Positions 36,402 to 46,543 of a stretch of 64,000 nt of DNA are shown here, piece after piece. Origin of the DNA: a virus (lineage: Duplodnaviria > Caudoviricetes); IMG/VR virus record IMGVR_UViG_3300031998_000072, positions 3,428 through 67,427 of that record; one strand, 5' to 3'. How positions within the stretch are numbered: position 1 is the first letter of the stretch; every line of letters starts with the position of its first letter. The position numbers were made by a program, and so were the translations under genes. Under the pieces are notes generated by a model. It saw nothing but the letters and a program-made list of their open reading frames with translations, was not told where the DNA came from and ran no database searches.

Positions 36402-37000
36402 TTGACATTAAAAGGGAGATTGTTAGGGTCCTGCGCATCCATTCCTGCAAATCTCTCATTGTATTCCCTCTCAAGATCATTCTCTTCAATCTCTGCATAA
36501 AGATTTCTAAGGTAAGCAGAATATCTTGTCTCACCTGTATCTCTATCCTGATATGAGTAACCAGAGAATATCAAGTCTGCCTTAATGATTCTAGCACCAT
36601 CAAGGAACTTAACTGTTGTTTTATCAAGTGCTTTCATTCCTGTAGAATCAATCTTATAAATCTTAGGAGGATACGGATTATCTGTTCCATCCTTCAATGT
36701 AAAACCAACCTTAATCTTAATGTAAGGAACTGAATCAAAATCATCTCTAGCTTTTGTATGCTTTACTGAAAATCCCTTAGACTGCAATTCACCAGCAAGC
36801 TCTTCATCAATTATCAAGCAGAAATTTCTGTCGCCAGCATTGTTAAACTTTCCGGCTGCGCCTTCAAAATTCCTGAAGATTAACTGCTGTCCAGCTGCGC
36901 CTCTGATTGTAACGTCGTCTACTCTTTCTCTTTTTGCCATTTTTCTTTTCCTCCATTGGCTTATTAAAATATAAATTAAGAGTGGCTCGATGTGAACCAC
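36398..37000 (-). CDS. single-stranded DNA-binding protein (likely start at MAKRE)
   Basis: IFRNFEG...KFN.AGDRNF...; acidic C-terminus ending LPF; replication cluster. Confidence 0.7.
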   Translation of the reverse strand: MVHIEPLLIYILISQWRKRKMAKRERVDDVTIRGAAGQQLIFRNFEGAAGKFNNAGDRNFCLIIDEELAGELQSKGFSVKHTKARDDFDSVPYIKIKVGFTLKDGTDNPYPPKIYKIDSTGMKALDKTTVKFLDGARIIKADLIFSGYSYQDRDTGETRYSAYLRNLYAEIEENDLEREYNERFAGMDAQDPNNLPFNVN

Positions 37001-40000
37001 TCAAAATCACCATATTGCGATATTTCATCTTTTGCTTCATTTGCTAATTTATTATAGTATGAAATATCAATATTATTTTGTAAATTATTTTGTTTTACTA
37101 TTTCTGATTCCATCCATCTGTAACCTTTAGCTCCAACAGCTGATGAATATTTTCCTTCTTCAACTTGTCTAAGAAGCAATCCACCATTACTACCTTCAAC
37201 TACTGGAACAAACGAACCTGTCTTTCCGACGAACCTATAATCATGTTCGTCTTCTTTCAAATTTTCATTAAAGTCTAAATACAATGATGTCTGAACTTGC
37301 TTAACTTGAGCATAATCATCAAATATCAATGGTTCTTTAGAAAACAATGTCTTATAAACATAAGGTTCTGCAAACTGTTTACCAGTTGCTTCCCATCCAC
37401 TATCTTTAACTTTAGCAATATACACAGCATCATTTACAAGACACATCTTCTCATACTCATTCTCGATCTCAAAAGAATATCCATATGCTTTTCCCATACT
37501 CTTAACAAACTCAATAATTTCTGGTGTAGCATTTGGAATCTTAATTGAATCAGTCTTAATATGAGCAACTGTAAATCCTTTCTCCTGAACAGCAAATTTC
37601 AAATCTGTCATAAACAAAGCTCCACGCTTTGCTACAATATTATCAATGTTGCGAGGATCTCTGAACGGATTACTAAAAGATGCACTTGTCAAACCATATA
37701 CTGAGTTAATTGCAATCTTCAATGCTTGAGACAATGCCTTTGCCATTTCTTTATTTGTAAGCCATTTTTCAAGTTTACCATCAAACAACTTTTTAGCTTT
37801 CTCAAAATCTCCATGCTTAATATCGATTCTTGTTTGAACAAGATTCATGAAGTTTTCTGTATACTTACCAAAAAGCCATTCTGCTAAGATTGAATGAGGA
37901 TGCATAGAAGCTACATCCAAAACCGGAATATTCTCATACATTCCTGGTTCTGCATAAACTCTTCCACCTTCTCCAATCTCTTCACCTCTGTAAGTTGACT
38001 TACCATGATCAAACACATATCCTGGGAAGTATGGTTTCTTTCCTGTACAATCTTTACCCTTAAGAAAATCCTTGTAACAGAAATATCCAGAACCACCATC
38101 GCTACTTAAATCCCTATAACAAAATTGACTCTGAGGATTCTTCTCTTTGCCAAAGATGATTCTTGTTGTCAAACTATTTGTTGTATCATTAACTGTCATT
38201 CCAGCAATATCGGCAAGTATCTGTCTAGCTACAAAGTCTCCTTGTGTAGCATCCCAAACTGCTTCCGTTGCTTCAACGTCATTTACACAATATTCAGCAA
38301 CTTTTTCCCATAATTCTTTAGGAACAGGTTTGTCCCAAGGAAGACCAAGCTCCATGTGATGGATGCCTAATTCAATCTCCCATTTCTTAAGAGATTGCTT
38401 CTTTGCACAATAGTCATAAATATCAGTGTAACTAAGATTGTAAGCTTCTCCAAAGAACGCATTATTCTTACTTCCTTTTGCAACAACTATAATCCTTTGT
38501 GACAAATCAAATAGTTGTTCATTAGTATATCCAAGTAATGCTGCATATACAATATGATTATCATATCGTCTGCAGTTAAAACCAACTAAGTTATAACTGA
38601 GCATGTTCTGAATATCAATTGGCTTTGGATTGATTAGCTTAATAGCTTTCTTACCCTTTTCTTTATAGACTACTACAAATAGATTCGGAAACACTTCCAC
38701 ATCATAGAATACAATCGGCGCATCTAATTGTTGCGCTTCCTTATTCTCTGACTTAAACTTCATCTCATCTACTTTCTTGCAACAATTAGCAGCTTGATTT
38801 GTGCTATTGATTGCAAAATTGTAAATATCATAATACATGTCAGAGATGTCATACTCCATTCCTGAATCATAACACTCTTTTAAAATATCATATATGAAGT
38901 TAATATTTTGTGTTGTACTTCCAAACTCTTTCTTTAGGCATCGCAATATCAATCTTCTAAGACTTACTTCTGTTCTTATTGCTTTGTCTGTCATCATAGA
39001 CTTCTTCTCCTCTTTTAGAGGAAGTCCAGAATTGATAGTTCTTATAGGAATATCATTACAATATGACAACCTTCTTCTCATTGATGAGTTTCCAGTGCAT
39101 GTCTTAATTTCAATTCCCTCAGAATATAAAGCACTAAGTTTTGACACGTCTCCAGAATATCTATACACAAGATGTACACCTTCGCCACCTTTAGAAAATT
39201 CTCCATATGTCGACGGCCACTTCGATGCTGCTTCTAGATTCTTCTCTTTACATTTATTACCTTTCTCATCTTTCAAATCAAAGTCAATAAATATAATGTC
39301 TTCTGGAAGTTTTACATAATGGACTTTCTTTGTATCAATGTTCTTCAACTTAGACACAACATTATCCCATTTAAACTTAGGAACTTCCTTTTGCGTATCT
39401 CTATCAACAGCATATTGTGCAAAACAATCTTTAAACTCTTTATCAAACAGAGATTCTGTCTTATCAAATATCAATACATTTTTCTTTTCTTCCTCTATAT
39501 GATCGGCTACTTTAGCTGCTAATTGAAATTTAGATACTTTAAATCCTAAATAACAACATCTATAACGATCATCGCCTATTCGCATTTGATCTCTATATTC
39601 TTCAAAATAGTTTTTTAATTCATCTCTAAACTTAAACTTTGGCATTCTAGACTTTAATGCAGATTCATCACAAAACTGAATATACATCTCATATGCTTGC
39701 TTAAGAGTTATAAATTTAGATTCACTAAATACATTAAAACTATCTTCTACGAAGTTAAAGAAATAGTCAGTACGGAACATCATATCAATAGGAACATATG
39801 TTTCATAATAATATTTTCCTAATGTTTTATAAACATCAAGACAATGATACGCTATTGCTCCTATCTCAAATTGAATAGCATCCATAAGATCATGATACTT
39901 TTTAGCAGGAACTTTGTTGCCTGTTGGACGAATATCAATTAATCTTCTTGAGATACCACTCAATGCATCTGTAATCATTACAGGCTTATTAGTAGCCATG

Positions 40001-40809
40001 AATAGAAAACTATTACTTCTTATTGTATATTTAGATTTAAATTTTTCATTGACAGTGATTGTTTCATGAGATATAATTGAATTTAATTTTGTATTATCTT
40101 CAATCCTACTCAAATCACCATCTGTTTGAATAGCAACCAATGGCCCTTTTGCAAATTGTTCGGTGCTAAACAAATCACTTTTACTTGCTAAAGCACCAAT
40201 ATCCATATAAGAAGTATATCCTTTAAATAGACTGTCTATTATCTGAAGAACTGTTCCTTTACCACAACCAGGCGGACCAAAGAATACTTCAAACTTCTGA
40301 ATATCAATACTATCTCCAGCAATAATACTTCCTATTGCCCATTCAAATTTTTGTCTTTCTTCATCTTCATAAAGAATGGATACCAATTCTAAATAATTAT
40401 CAATAGATCCTTCTTTTAAAGAATAGTTAAGACGAAAACTTGAATAATCTTCTTTCGTTGTTACAGTATCTGCAAATATCATTTTCTGATTAAGAGATAC
40501 TGTAGAATCCGGCATCTTGTTAAGATAATTAATAAACTCTGTCCACTTTAATGATTCAAAGTCGCTTAATGTCTTTACAGTAACCGGATTTTCAACTTTA
40601 ATTTCATCTCTCTTTTTGTATATCTCTTTGTCTATAATTCTCGCGACGTCCAAAATATCAGTTGACCACTTTCCAGCTTCTTCATTCCATATTGCATAGA
40701 ACTTTCCGCCACGAACCAACAAATCTTTTGAATCCATTATTCTAAATGCAGGATATACTTCAAGAGTGCCATTCTTTAATGTTTTGACTTTTACGTCACA
40801 AAAATCCAC
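36976..40809 (-). CDS. fused SF3 helicase - primase-polymerase - 3'-5' exonuclease - family B DNA polymerase
   Basis: GPPGCGKGT; IFIDFD and SKGGEGVHL; FYDVEV and GFNCRRYD; LDVASMHP, KIAINSVYG, KTDSI. Confidence 0.88.
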   Translation of the reverse strand: MDFCDVKVKTLKNGTLEVYPAFRIMDSKDLLVRGGKFYAIWNEEAGKWSTDILDVARIIDKEIYKKRDEIKVENPVTVKTLSDFESLKWTEFINYLNKMPDSTVSLNQKMIFADTVTTKEDYSSFRLNYSLKEGSIDNYLELVSILYEDEERQKFEWAIGSIIAGDSIDIQKFEVFFGPPGCGKGTVLQIIDSLFKGYTSYMDIGALASKSDLFSTEQFAKGPLVAIQTDGDLSRIEDNTKLNSIISHETITVNEKFKSKYTIRSNSFLFMATNKPVMITDALSGISRRLIDIRPTGNKVPAKKYHDLMDAIQFEIGAIAYHCLDVYKTLGKYYYETYVPIDMMFRTDYFFNFVEDSFNVFSESKFITLKQAYEMYIQFCDESALKSRMPKFKFRDELKNYFEEYRDQMRIGDDRYRCCYLGFKVSKFQLAAKVADHIEEEKKNVLIFDKTESLFDKEFKDCFAQYAVDRDTQKEVPKFKWDNVVSKLKNIDTKKVHYVKLPEDIIFIDFDLKDEKGNKCKEKNLEAASKWPSTYGEFSKGGEGVHLVYRYSGDVSKLSALYSEGIEIKTCTGNSSMRRRLSYCNDIPIRTINSGLPLKEEKKSMMTDKAIRTEVSLRRLILRCLKKEFGSTTQNINFIYDILKECYDSGMEYDISDMYYDIYNFAINSTNQAANCCKKVDEMKFKSENKEAQQLDAPIVFYDVEVFPNLFVVVYKEKGKKAIKLINPKPIDIQNMLSYNLVGFNCRRYDNHIVYAALLGYTNEQLFDLSQRIIVVAKGSKNNAFFGEAYNLSYTDIYDYCAKKQSLKKWEIELGIHHMELGLPWDKPVPKELWEKVAEYCVNDVEATEAVWDATQGDFVARQILADIAGMTVNDTTNSLTTRIIFGKEKNPQSQFCYRDLSSDGGSGYFCYKDFLKGKDCTGKKPYFPGYVFDHGKSTYRGEEIGEGGRVYAEPGMYENIPVLDVASMHPHSILAEWLFGKYTENFMNLVQTRIDIKHGDFEKAKKLFDGKLEKWLTNKEMAKALSQALKIAINSVYGLTSASFSNPFRDPRNIDNIVAKRGALFMTDLKFAVQEKGFTVAHIKTDSIKIPNATPEIIEFVKSMGKAYGYSFEIENEYEKMCLVNDAVYIAKVKDSGWEATGKQFAEPYVYKTLFSKEPLIFDDYAQVKQVQTSLYLDFNENLKEDEHDYRFVGKTGSFVPVVEGSNGGLLLRQVEEGKYSSAVGAKGYRWMESEIVKQNNLQNNIDISYYNKLANEAKDEISQYGDFEWFTSSHS

Positions 40810-40841
40810 ATTAAAATGCTCCTTTCAAGTATTTTTAAGTT

Positions 40842-41030
40842 TTGTCCCGTTGTCCCGTTGTCACAGTAGGTTTTCATTTCTCTATAGAAAAATCAATTTT
40901 CTATTAATAAATGAAAAGAAAAAACGTGACTCCGTGACAAAAAACCCAAAAACCCAATAAAATCAAGGGTTTCCGGGCTTTTTTAGCCCTTTTAAAAACG
41001 GGACAAAAACGGGACAAAAACGGGACAAGT
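40842..41030. repeat. candidate replication origin (CGGGACAA/CGTGACAA iterons)
   Basis: TTGTCCCG x2 plus TTGTCACA at 40842-40865; AAAAACGGGAC x3 at 40994-41026; AT-rich core between them. Confidence 0.6.
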
Positions 41031-41038
41031 CACGTTTT

Positions 41039-41602
41039 TCAGTAATTTTCCCTAAACCATTCCTGCATTTGGTACCACATTTCAAGATTTTTTTGATCAA
41101 CTCCGGGACATTTTAACGGAAAAATACTACCTTTTCCGTCTCCCCGATACTGTCTGGACATCCAAATATCAACAATTTGCTCCTCATCTTCGATAGTCCA
41201 ATCCAATCCTAATGCATCATCTGTGAAATTTGTCATTCCAAGATTGTCTATCATAATGAAAAACCACTTGCTGGCATGAAGAGAACCATCATACATAATA
41301 TCATCATCAATTCTCATCGCAAACGCCGTCAATACTTCCAAAACACTCATCGGTTCCTCAAATATCTTAGGTAACACAGGGTCTGTGAAGTTGTTTGAGA
41401 ACGTCGCTCTAAGCTCAAATGCATCACTCAAACGATTCTCATCATGTCCAACAACTGGGTCAGTTAACTTAAAATCTGTTGAATATAAATACGACAACAT
41501 AGAGAGATACCTGCATTCAGCAGTCTCCTTAAATCCGAGTATTCCAAGTAGCCACCTGAAATATCCATCACTTAAGAAGAGCCCATAATAGTTGTCTTCC
41601 AT
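41039..41602 (-). CDS. conserved hypothetical protein
   Basis: DENR..D...LR, SVLEVL.AFA.R, GSIFPL...DQ...EMWYQM motifs. Confidence 0.7.
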   Translation of the reverse strand: MEDNYYGLFLSDGYFRWLLGILGFKETAECRYLSMLSYLYSTDFKLTDPVVGHDENRLSDAFELRATFSNNFTDPVLPKIFEEPMSVLEVLTAFAMRIDDDIMYDGSLHASKWFFIMIDNLGMTNFTDDALGLDWTIEDEEQIVDIWMSRQYRGDGKGSIFPLKCPGVDQKNLEMWYQMQEWFRENY

Positions 41603-41608
41603 AAGACT

Positions 41609-42409
41609 TTACTCCTCATCATCCTCACGCATAGCAGAAGAGTAAGAACGAGTTGACCTGACAATTTCATAATCAATGTGAAGCTTATTGTTCCTTACAA
41701 AATCCCTCTTTAAAGACCTGTCTTCAATAAAGCTCTTCATGTTGTCTTTACCGATCGCTAACTCAATTTCAGTAGAAGACATCATTGTGAATTCATTAAG
41801 ACGTACCCTCTCAGCAAACACATTGTCTGTGAATAATATCAATGATACCTTATCCCACATTCCTTCCTCGACCTCTCTGGCGAGACCATTACTGTACTCG
41901 TCCTCAGAAATCTTATAAGGCTTCTTCTTAGGATCTAAGTATGAAATATCAATCCCTTCAGGTTCAACTGTCTTATCATACTCTTCCTGAGTCAAAGAAT
42001 CTTCGTCAGGTTCTGGTTCATCCCAGATGTTATGCTTTTCTTCCTTACTCTCACCTACTTCAAATGGTAGGTCGCTGTCATCATCAGGTGCCTCCGACGG
42101 CTCCTCAACATCGTCCCTACTATCTTTAGATTCCTCAGAATATCCATTATCCTTTGCAATGTCCTTAGCAATATCAACTGCATCAAAATGAGGAATTGCA
42201 TTAATTATGTTTGTCTTTCTTTTTTCATTCTCCATGATTTTTTCTTTCTGACTTGCTCTAATCTCGTCGAGTGTACTCTGGATTCCATCAGAAATCGCCT
42301 TATCAATCTTCTTCTGCTCAATAAAATGGCATGCCAAATATCCACCTGTTGCACCTACAACAAGACCTCCGATGCCAGCAATAATAGCAATTTTATTCAT
42401 AAATATCAC
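41609..42409 (-). CDS. membrane-anchored acidic protein
   Basis: N-terminal Gly-rich TM, acidic linker, PYKISEDEY domain. Confidence 0.7.
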   Translation of the reverse strand: MIFMNKIAIIAGIGGLVVGATGGYLACHFIEQKKIDKAISDGIQSTLDEIRASQKEKIMENEKRKTNIINAIPHFDAVDIAKDIAKDNGYSEESKDSRDDVEEPSEAPDDDSDLPFEVGESKEEKHNIWDEPEPDEDSLTQEEYDKTVEPEGIDISYLDPKKKPYKISEDEYSNGLAREVEEGMWDKVSLILFTDNVFAERVRLNEFTMMSSTEIELAIGKDNMKSFIEDRSLKRDFVRNNKLHIDYEIVRSTRSYSSAMREDDEE

Positions 42410-43386
42410 CCCTTTGCAAACTTAGCACATGTCTCAGGTGTCAGCAATCTGCAGTTAAAATTCAGCATAATATCATTAATTTCGCCAGCTCTAAACAGTC
42501 TATGCTGCGTATCATTGCATTCTAATATGCCAAACAAAACATGCTGGTCATTAGGCATGCCTTCTTCTGTGAAACAATCAAGAACCCAGCCGTACGTACG
42601 ACCCTGTGCACGCTCAGCAAGCAATGTCCTCATATCCAAACCAAGATACTGGTAAATATCATCAAGGAATACAATGCCATCATCTTCAAGTCTGTTGTTA
42701 AATATTGACTGAGTTTGTGTAAGGAGTCTCATATTATAGAAAGGATTACGAGAATAGTTTCCACCCTTTACTGTATCTTCAGTGAAGTAATAATGGAAAA
42801 TATCATCAACTCTTTCGACGCTATTGCACGTTACATTTGGATCTTTACTTACCGGAACTTCCTTTTCCTTGTACTTACCTTTAGCTATCAATTCCTGCTT
42901 CTTTTTAAGAGCACCATTTGTTGCATAATACTGATCCTTCTCAAGACCCTGATCCTCAATGACATTATCACGATATCTCTCAAATGCTTTTGTTACACCA
43001 ACAAATGCTGTCTCTGCCATCATGAGACGCTTATTGACAATCTTAAATGATCCGAGAGCTGCCGTTCCACTGAGAAGTGTTAAACCAACACAAGGAGCCC
43101 ATGTCTTTGCAATATCAAGACCATAGCGTCCATACTCTTTTACTATACTTTTCTTATATTCAGGAGTTTCTTCGCCATTATCATTTTCCTTGACACTATG
43201 AAGAATATCAAGTATCTTTTTGTGCTCCTCATTAATTGCATCCATCTTAGTCATTGCAATACAACCTGTTACAGTTGCTCCAACTCCAGCAGCAATACTG
43301 GTTCCTAATAGAATCTCAGGACTGTGCTGAATTGTGAAATCTTTTACTGCAAAAGCTGCAGTTTTAATTGTTGTTAACAGTGCCAT
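42406..43386 (-). CDS. DUF6353-like membrane protein
   Basis: HSPEILLG...G...TV.GC.A, second TM, VFLDDIYQYLG. Confidence 0.65.
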   Translation of the reverse strand: MALLTTIKTAAFAVKDFTIQHSPEILLGTSIAAGVGATVTGCIAMTKMDAINEEHKKILDILHSVKENDNGEETPEYKKSIVKEYGRYGLDIAKTWAPCVGLTLLSGTAALGSFKIVNKRLMMAETAFVGVTKAFERYRDNVIEDQGLEKDQYYATNGALKKKQELIAKGKYKEKEVPVSKDPNVTCNSVERVDDIFHYYFTEDTVKGGNYSRNPFYNMRLLTQTQSIFNNRLEDDGIVFLDDIYQYLGLDMRTLLAERAQGRTYGWVLDCFTEEGMPNDQHVLFGILECNDTQHRLFRAGEINDIMLNFNCRLLTPETCAKFAKG

Positions 43387-43588
43387 TTTTCTCTTTATCC
43401 TTTCTCTCTATGTAATTCTTTGCTGTGCTAACGGACCAATCTATCATACTATTAAATTCAAATATCAAGTCTGGTTCATTAAACATAATGATGTAGATAG
43501 TGTTATCTTTAACAAGTCTGGCTTCTTTAATAACACCATCTGTAAAATGCATCGTATTGAATACTTTTAATAATTGGTTTTCATCCAT
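43364..43588 (-). CDS. hypothetical protein
   Basis: In-operon ORF with RBS. Confidence 0.6.
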   Translation of the reverse strand: MDENQLLKVFNTMHFTDGVIKEARLVKDNTIYIIMFNEPDLIFEFNSMIDWSVSTAKNYIERKDKEKNGTVNNN

Positions 43589-43589
43589 A

Positions 43590-44288
43590 TTAATGCTCCA
43601 ATACTATAGGATTAGGCAGTTCAAGCAAATATCCACCACGAACCTGCCTTACGCAAGCATTCGTCAAATCTGACCAGCCGAACTTTGCATCCTGTGCTGT
43701 CATAGGAATCTGAATGCCTGTCTGCTCTCGTACCAACTCATACAGCTTAACTATCTGAATATCATCATAAGTATTAATATAATCACGCATATTAAAAAGA
43801 ATGTTTTCAGCATCCCCCCTGATTTCAAAAACCAGGTTATTATACTTGACGCTATCTTCAGGTCGATATATATCAACCCTATCACGATTGCGGCTATTAG
43901 AACTAATACTGCTAGAATAAGAAGTGTAATCACGTACTAATCCTCCTCCATTTCTTAAAATTCCTTTACCGCCTGCTCTTGTGTCGCCCCAAAGAAACAT
44001 TGATAGTGCGTCCCTACCAGCCGAAAATATCATCTCCTTAAGTGCAGGAACTATAACATCCAGGAGAATTGTCTGACCAACTGTCTTAACATCTCCATTA
44101 TTTAAGAATGTTTCTGTAAATCTCTGCCCTGGGGTTTTTCGCTTTAAGGTTACACCGCCTTGGATGGTACCTCCGAGCTTCGGCTTTTCTTCCTCAACAG
44201 GCTTCTGCGCAAGAGAGGATTTGGCTGCGTAAGAGTTGTTGTATTGAACCAGCCCTCTATCGGAACTAGGCATCGGTACTTCAGCCAT
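43590..44288 (-). CDS. conserved hypothetical protein
   Basis: DVIVPALKEMI..., F..RGDAE.IL..M...I..Y...FGWSDL...YLLELP.P. Confidence 0.7.
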   Translation of the reverse strand: MAEVPMPSSDRGLVQYNNSYAAKSSLAQKPVEEEKPKLGGTIQGGVTLKRKTPGQRFTETFLNNGDVKTVGQTILLDVIVPALKEMIFSAGRDALSMFLWGDTRAGGKGILRNGGGLVRDYTSYSSSISSNSRNRDRVDIYRPEDSVKYNNLVFEIRGDAENILFNMRDYINTYDDIQIVKLYELVREQTGIQIPMTAQDAKFGWSDLTNACVRQVRGGYLLELPNPIVLEH

Positions 44289-44664
44289 CTACTTTTCCCT
44301 CCATAATCTGATTGTAAATATCATCGACCTTGTTTTCGACCTTAATCTCATGTTCAGCCATGACTTTTGACAATTCGCCATTAGTTTCAAGAGCTGTTAC
44401 ACATGCTCCAACAAGTTCTTCGTACTTCTTTTCTTCATTAGGATGCAAGACACCATGCACTACCTTATACACTCCATAGTTGCATGCTACACTTACACCT
44501 GCCGTACCTACGCCGGTTAAGATTTTTTCGTAGATTGTCTGAGGATCAACTGCTTTGTTAATCGCTTTACCTACAACAAAATCAATACCAGCTGAGAATA
44601 CGGTTGTTAAACCAATTTCGATACCATTAAGTGTTTTTTCTGTCATTACCCATGCTCCTTTCAA
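44281..44664 (-). CDS. membrane protein
   Basis: Two Gly-rich hydrophobic segments. Confidence 0.65.
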   Translation of the reverse strand: MKGAWVMTEKTLNGIEIGLTTVFSAGIDFVVGKAINKAVDPQTIYEKILTGVGTAGVSVACNYGVYKVVHGVLHPNEEKKYEELVGACVTALETNGELSKVMAEHEIKVENKVDDIYNQIMEGKVDG

Positions 44665-44715
44665 CTTGTGCCAGGCTAAAAAATATAGGATGCGATTTGC
44701 ATCCCATATTTTGAC

Positions 44716-45111
44716 TTATGCTTCCGTATTAAACGGTGCTTCTTCAGCTACTTCTTCAGTAGTTTCCTCTGTTACTTCATCAGAGCTCTTGCTTCTGAAA
44801 TAGTCAACACCCTTCTTGACACCCCAAGCCGCAGCAGCACCAAGCGGACCTCCGACCGCAAGGCCGAGTCCAAAAGTCTTTGGATTGTTCTCAACAGCGT
44901 TGATACCCTTTCCAACATACTTAAATGGACCCCACCAATTAAGTCTCTTTTCCTGCTTTTCTGCTTTCTTTGCAGCTCTATCGATCTCAATAGCCTTGAC
45001 CTTTTCGTCAGCCTTCTTGACCTCTTCGATCGCAACGTTTGCCTCAACTTCCTGCTTTTTTGTGTTAGCCATAATGCTACACCTCCTTAATATTTTAAGC
45101 TTTTCAGCCAT
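44716..45111 (-). CDS. membrane protein (likely start at MANTK, 45072)
   Basis: RBS AGGAGG before MANTK; TM FGLGLAVGGPLGAAAAWGV. Confidence 0.65.
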   Translation of the reverse strand: MAEKLKILRRCSIMANTKKQEVEANVAIEEVKKADEKVKAIEIDRAAKKAEKQEKRLNWWGPFKYVGKGINAVENNPKTFGLGLAVGGPLGAAAAWGVKKGVDYFRSKSSDEVTEETTEEVAEEAPFNTEA

Positions 45112-45135
45112 TATACGTTAATATTTTTTTGCGAA
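45110..45135 (-). promoter_or_regulatory. TTCGCA-N14-TATAAT promoter
   Basis: Exact consensus, upstream of the RBS. Confidence 0.75.
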
Positions 45136-45137
45136 TA

Positions 45138-45932
45138 TCAGTTAATTTTCGCATGCGGACATTTACTAAACATTACATAAACCATTACAATTCCTTCATC
45201 ATTAGGACCTCTTTCGAGACATTCCTGTGTAGAATACTCAATTTTGCCATCATGATAATACTGCCAGCCAATATCCCAACCAATTTCAGCTATAGGAATA
45301 TTAACATTAGGTATCATTTCATGGAACATATTCATTGAACAGTAATCCTGGTCTAACATTAGGTTATTTGCTTCTAAAAGACCCTTTTCGAAGTCAATAA
45401 GACGACAATCATACTCAATTCCAGTGTCTACTTCCTTAAAATGGAGAATATCACCGAGATGATCCCTAATATATTTAGGCTTTTCACCCTCTTCAAGAGC
45501 TGGTCTACGATCAATTATCTTCTGAATTTTCTTCTGCTCTTCGGGATCTTGAGGCAAATACTTGATAGTTTCCTGTCTATAATCATCAAATACAGCTCTT
45601 GTTGTGTCTAACTGCTCTTTTGCAATTATCAACGCTGCTGAAAGAGCTGCTGCACGCTTAGCTGAGATGACATTTGATGCTACGATTGATGTACAAGTGC
45701 CTAAACCGACAACTCCAGCCCAGATATACTCAGGCCATACAAGTTTAATAATGTCTTTTGTTGTCAGATTCTCATCTTCATGTTCTCTAAGAATATCAAC
45801 AGCATTCTTAGTAGCAATTGATGAGCATACGGCTGTACCTGCAACTCCTACAACACCTAGGATGCCAAATATCAAGTTGGCATGCTTATTGAAGAATGAC
45901 TTTCCGGCTGCTATTATTCCATTATTCAACAT
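45138..45932 (-). CDS. DUF6353-like membrane protein (paralog)
   Basis: Two Gly-rich TMs; SMNMFHEMI...GWDIGW. Confidence 0.65.
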   Translation of the reverse strand: MLNNGIIAAGKSFFNKHANLIFGILGVVGVAGTAVCSSIATKNAVDILREHEDENLTTKDIIKLVWPEYIWAGVVGLGTCTSIVASNVISAKRAAALSAALIIAKEQLDTTRAVFDDYRQETIKYLPQDPEEQKKIQKIIDRRPALEEGEKPKYIRDHLGDILHFKEVDTGIEYDCRLIDFEKGLLEANNLMLDQDYCSMNMFHEMIPNVNIPIAEIGWDIGWQYYHDGKIEYSTQECLERGPNDEGIVMVYVMFSKCPHAKIN

Positions 45933-46218
45933 CCTTTACCTCCTTAGGATCTGTAGGAAAGAGGTCCATGACATCTTCCAAATATCCAGCTACCTCAGGA
46001 TACATTTTATTGTAGGTAAGGAATGCAATACCTGATGCTCCTGCACAAGTTATGGTTGAAAGCAACTTAACCTGTCCTCTTGTAAGTCCATCAGGAAATA
46101 CATGATTAACAAGCACTGTTGCCCCCCATCCTGCCATCCAGCCAAGCAATACGGATGTACCACATGACATTACCATTGAGCCTACGCCAACAATTACTTC
46201 TTTTGTTTCTCTTTTCAT
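45922..46218 (-). CDS. membrane protein
   Basis: Two hydrophobic segments; RBS GAAAGGAG. Confidence 0.65.
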   Translation of the reverse strand: MKRETKEVIVGVGSMVMSCGTSVLLGWMAGWGATVLVNHVFPDGLTRGQVKLLSTITCAGASGIAFLTYNKMYPEVAGYLEDVMDLFPTDPKEVKDVE

Positions 46219-46264
46219 GTTGTCGCTCCTTTCAAAAAATAAAATAAGAACTGTTACGTTCTCT

Positions 46265-46290
46265 ATTATACCCTATGTTTTGTTTGCGAA
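46265..46290 (-). promoter_or_regulatory. TTCGCA-N14-TATAAT promoter
   Basis: Exact consensus. Confidence 0.75.
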
Positions 46291-46291
46291 A

Positions 46292-46543
46292 TTATTCTTC
46301 ACCTTTAGTCGCTCCTGGATCTTCACCTTTAGTCGCTCCTGGATCTTCACCATCATCATATAAAATTATAAACGCCTGATCGCTGCATCCTGGACAAGCA
46401 TATCCCTTCGTTTCTATAACATTTATAACTTTGCAGTGCCACTGTTTCTGTATTATATCAAGACGCTGTTCTAATACATGAGCTACTGGTTCATAACTTA
46501 ATATCTGTTCCGCTACAATAGTTTTTATCATATTTACCCCCAA
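46292..46543 (-). CDS. hypothetical protein
   Basis: ORF ending in a duplicated EDPGATKG. Confidence 0.6.
   Translation of the reverse strand: MGVNMIKTIVAEQILSYEPVAHVLEQRLDIIQKQWHCKVINVIETKGYACPGCSDQAFIILYDDGEDPGATKGEDPGATKGEE
46296..46351. repeat. 24-bp tandem duplication (2.3 copies)
   Basis: TCTTCACCTTTAGTCGCTCCTGGA x2 plus TCTTCACC. Confidence 0.9.

Noticed and set aside
46296-46351. CRISPR-like repeat
   Set aside because: Direct in-frame 24-bp tandem duplication without spacers.
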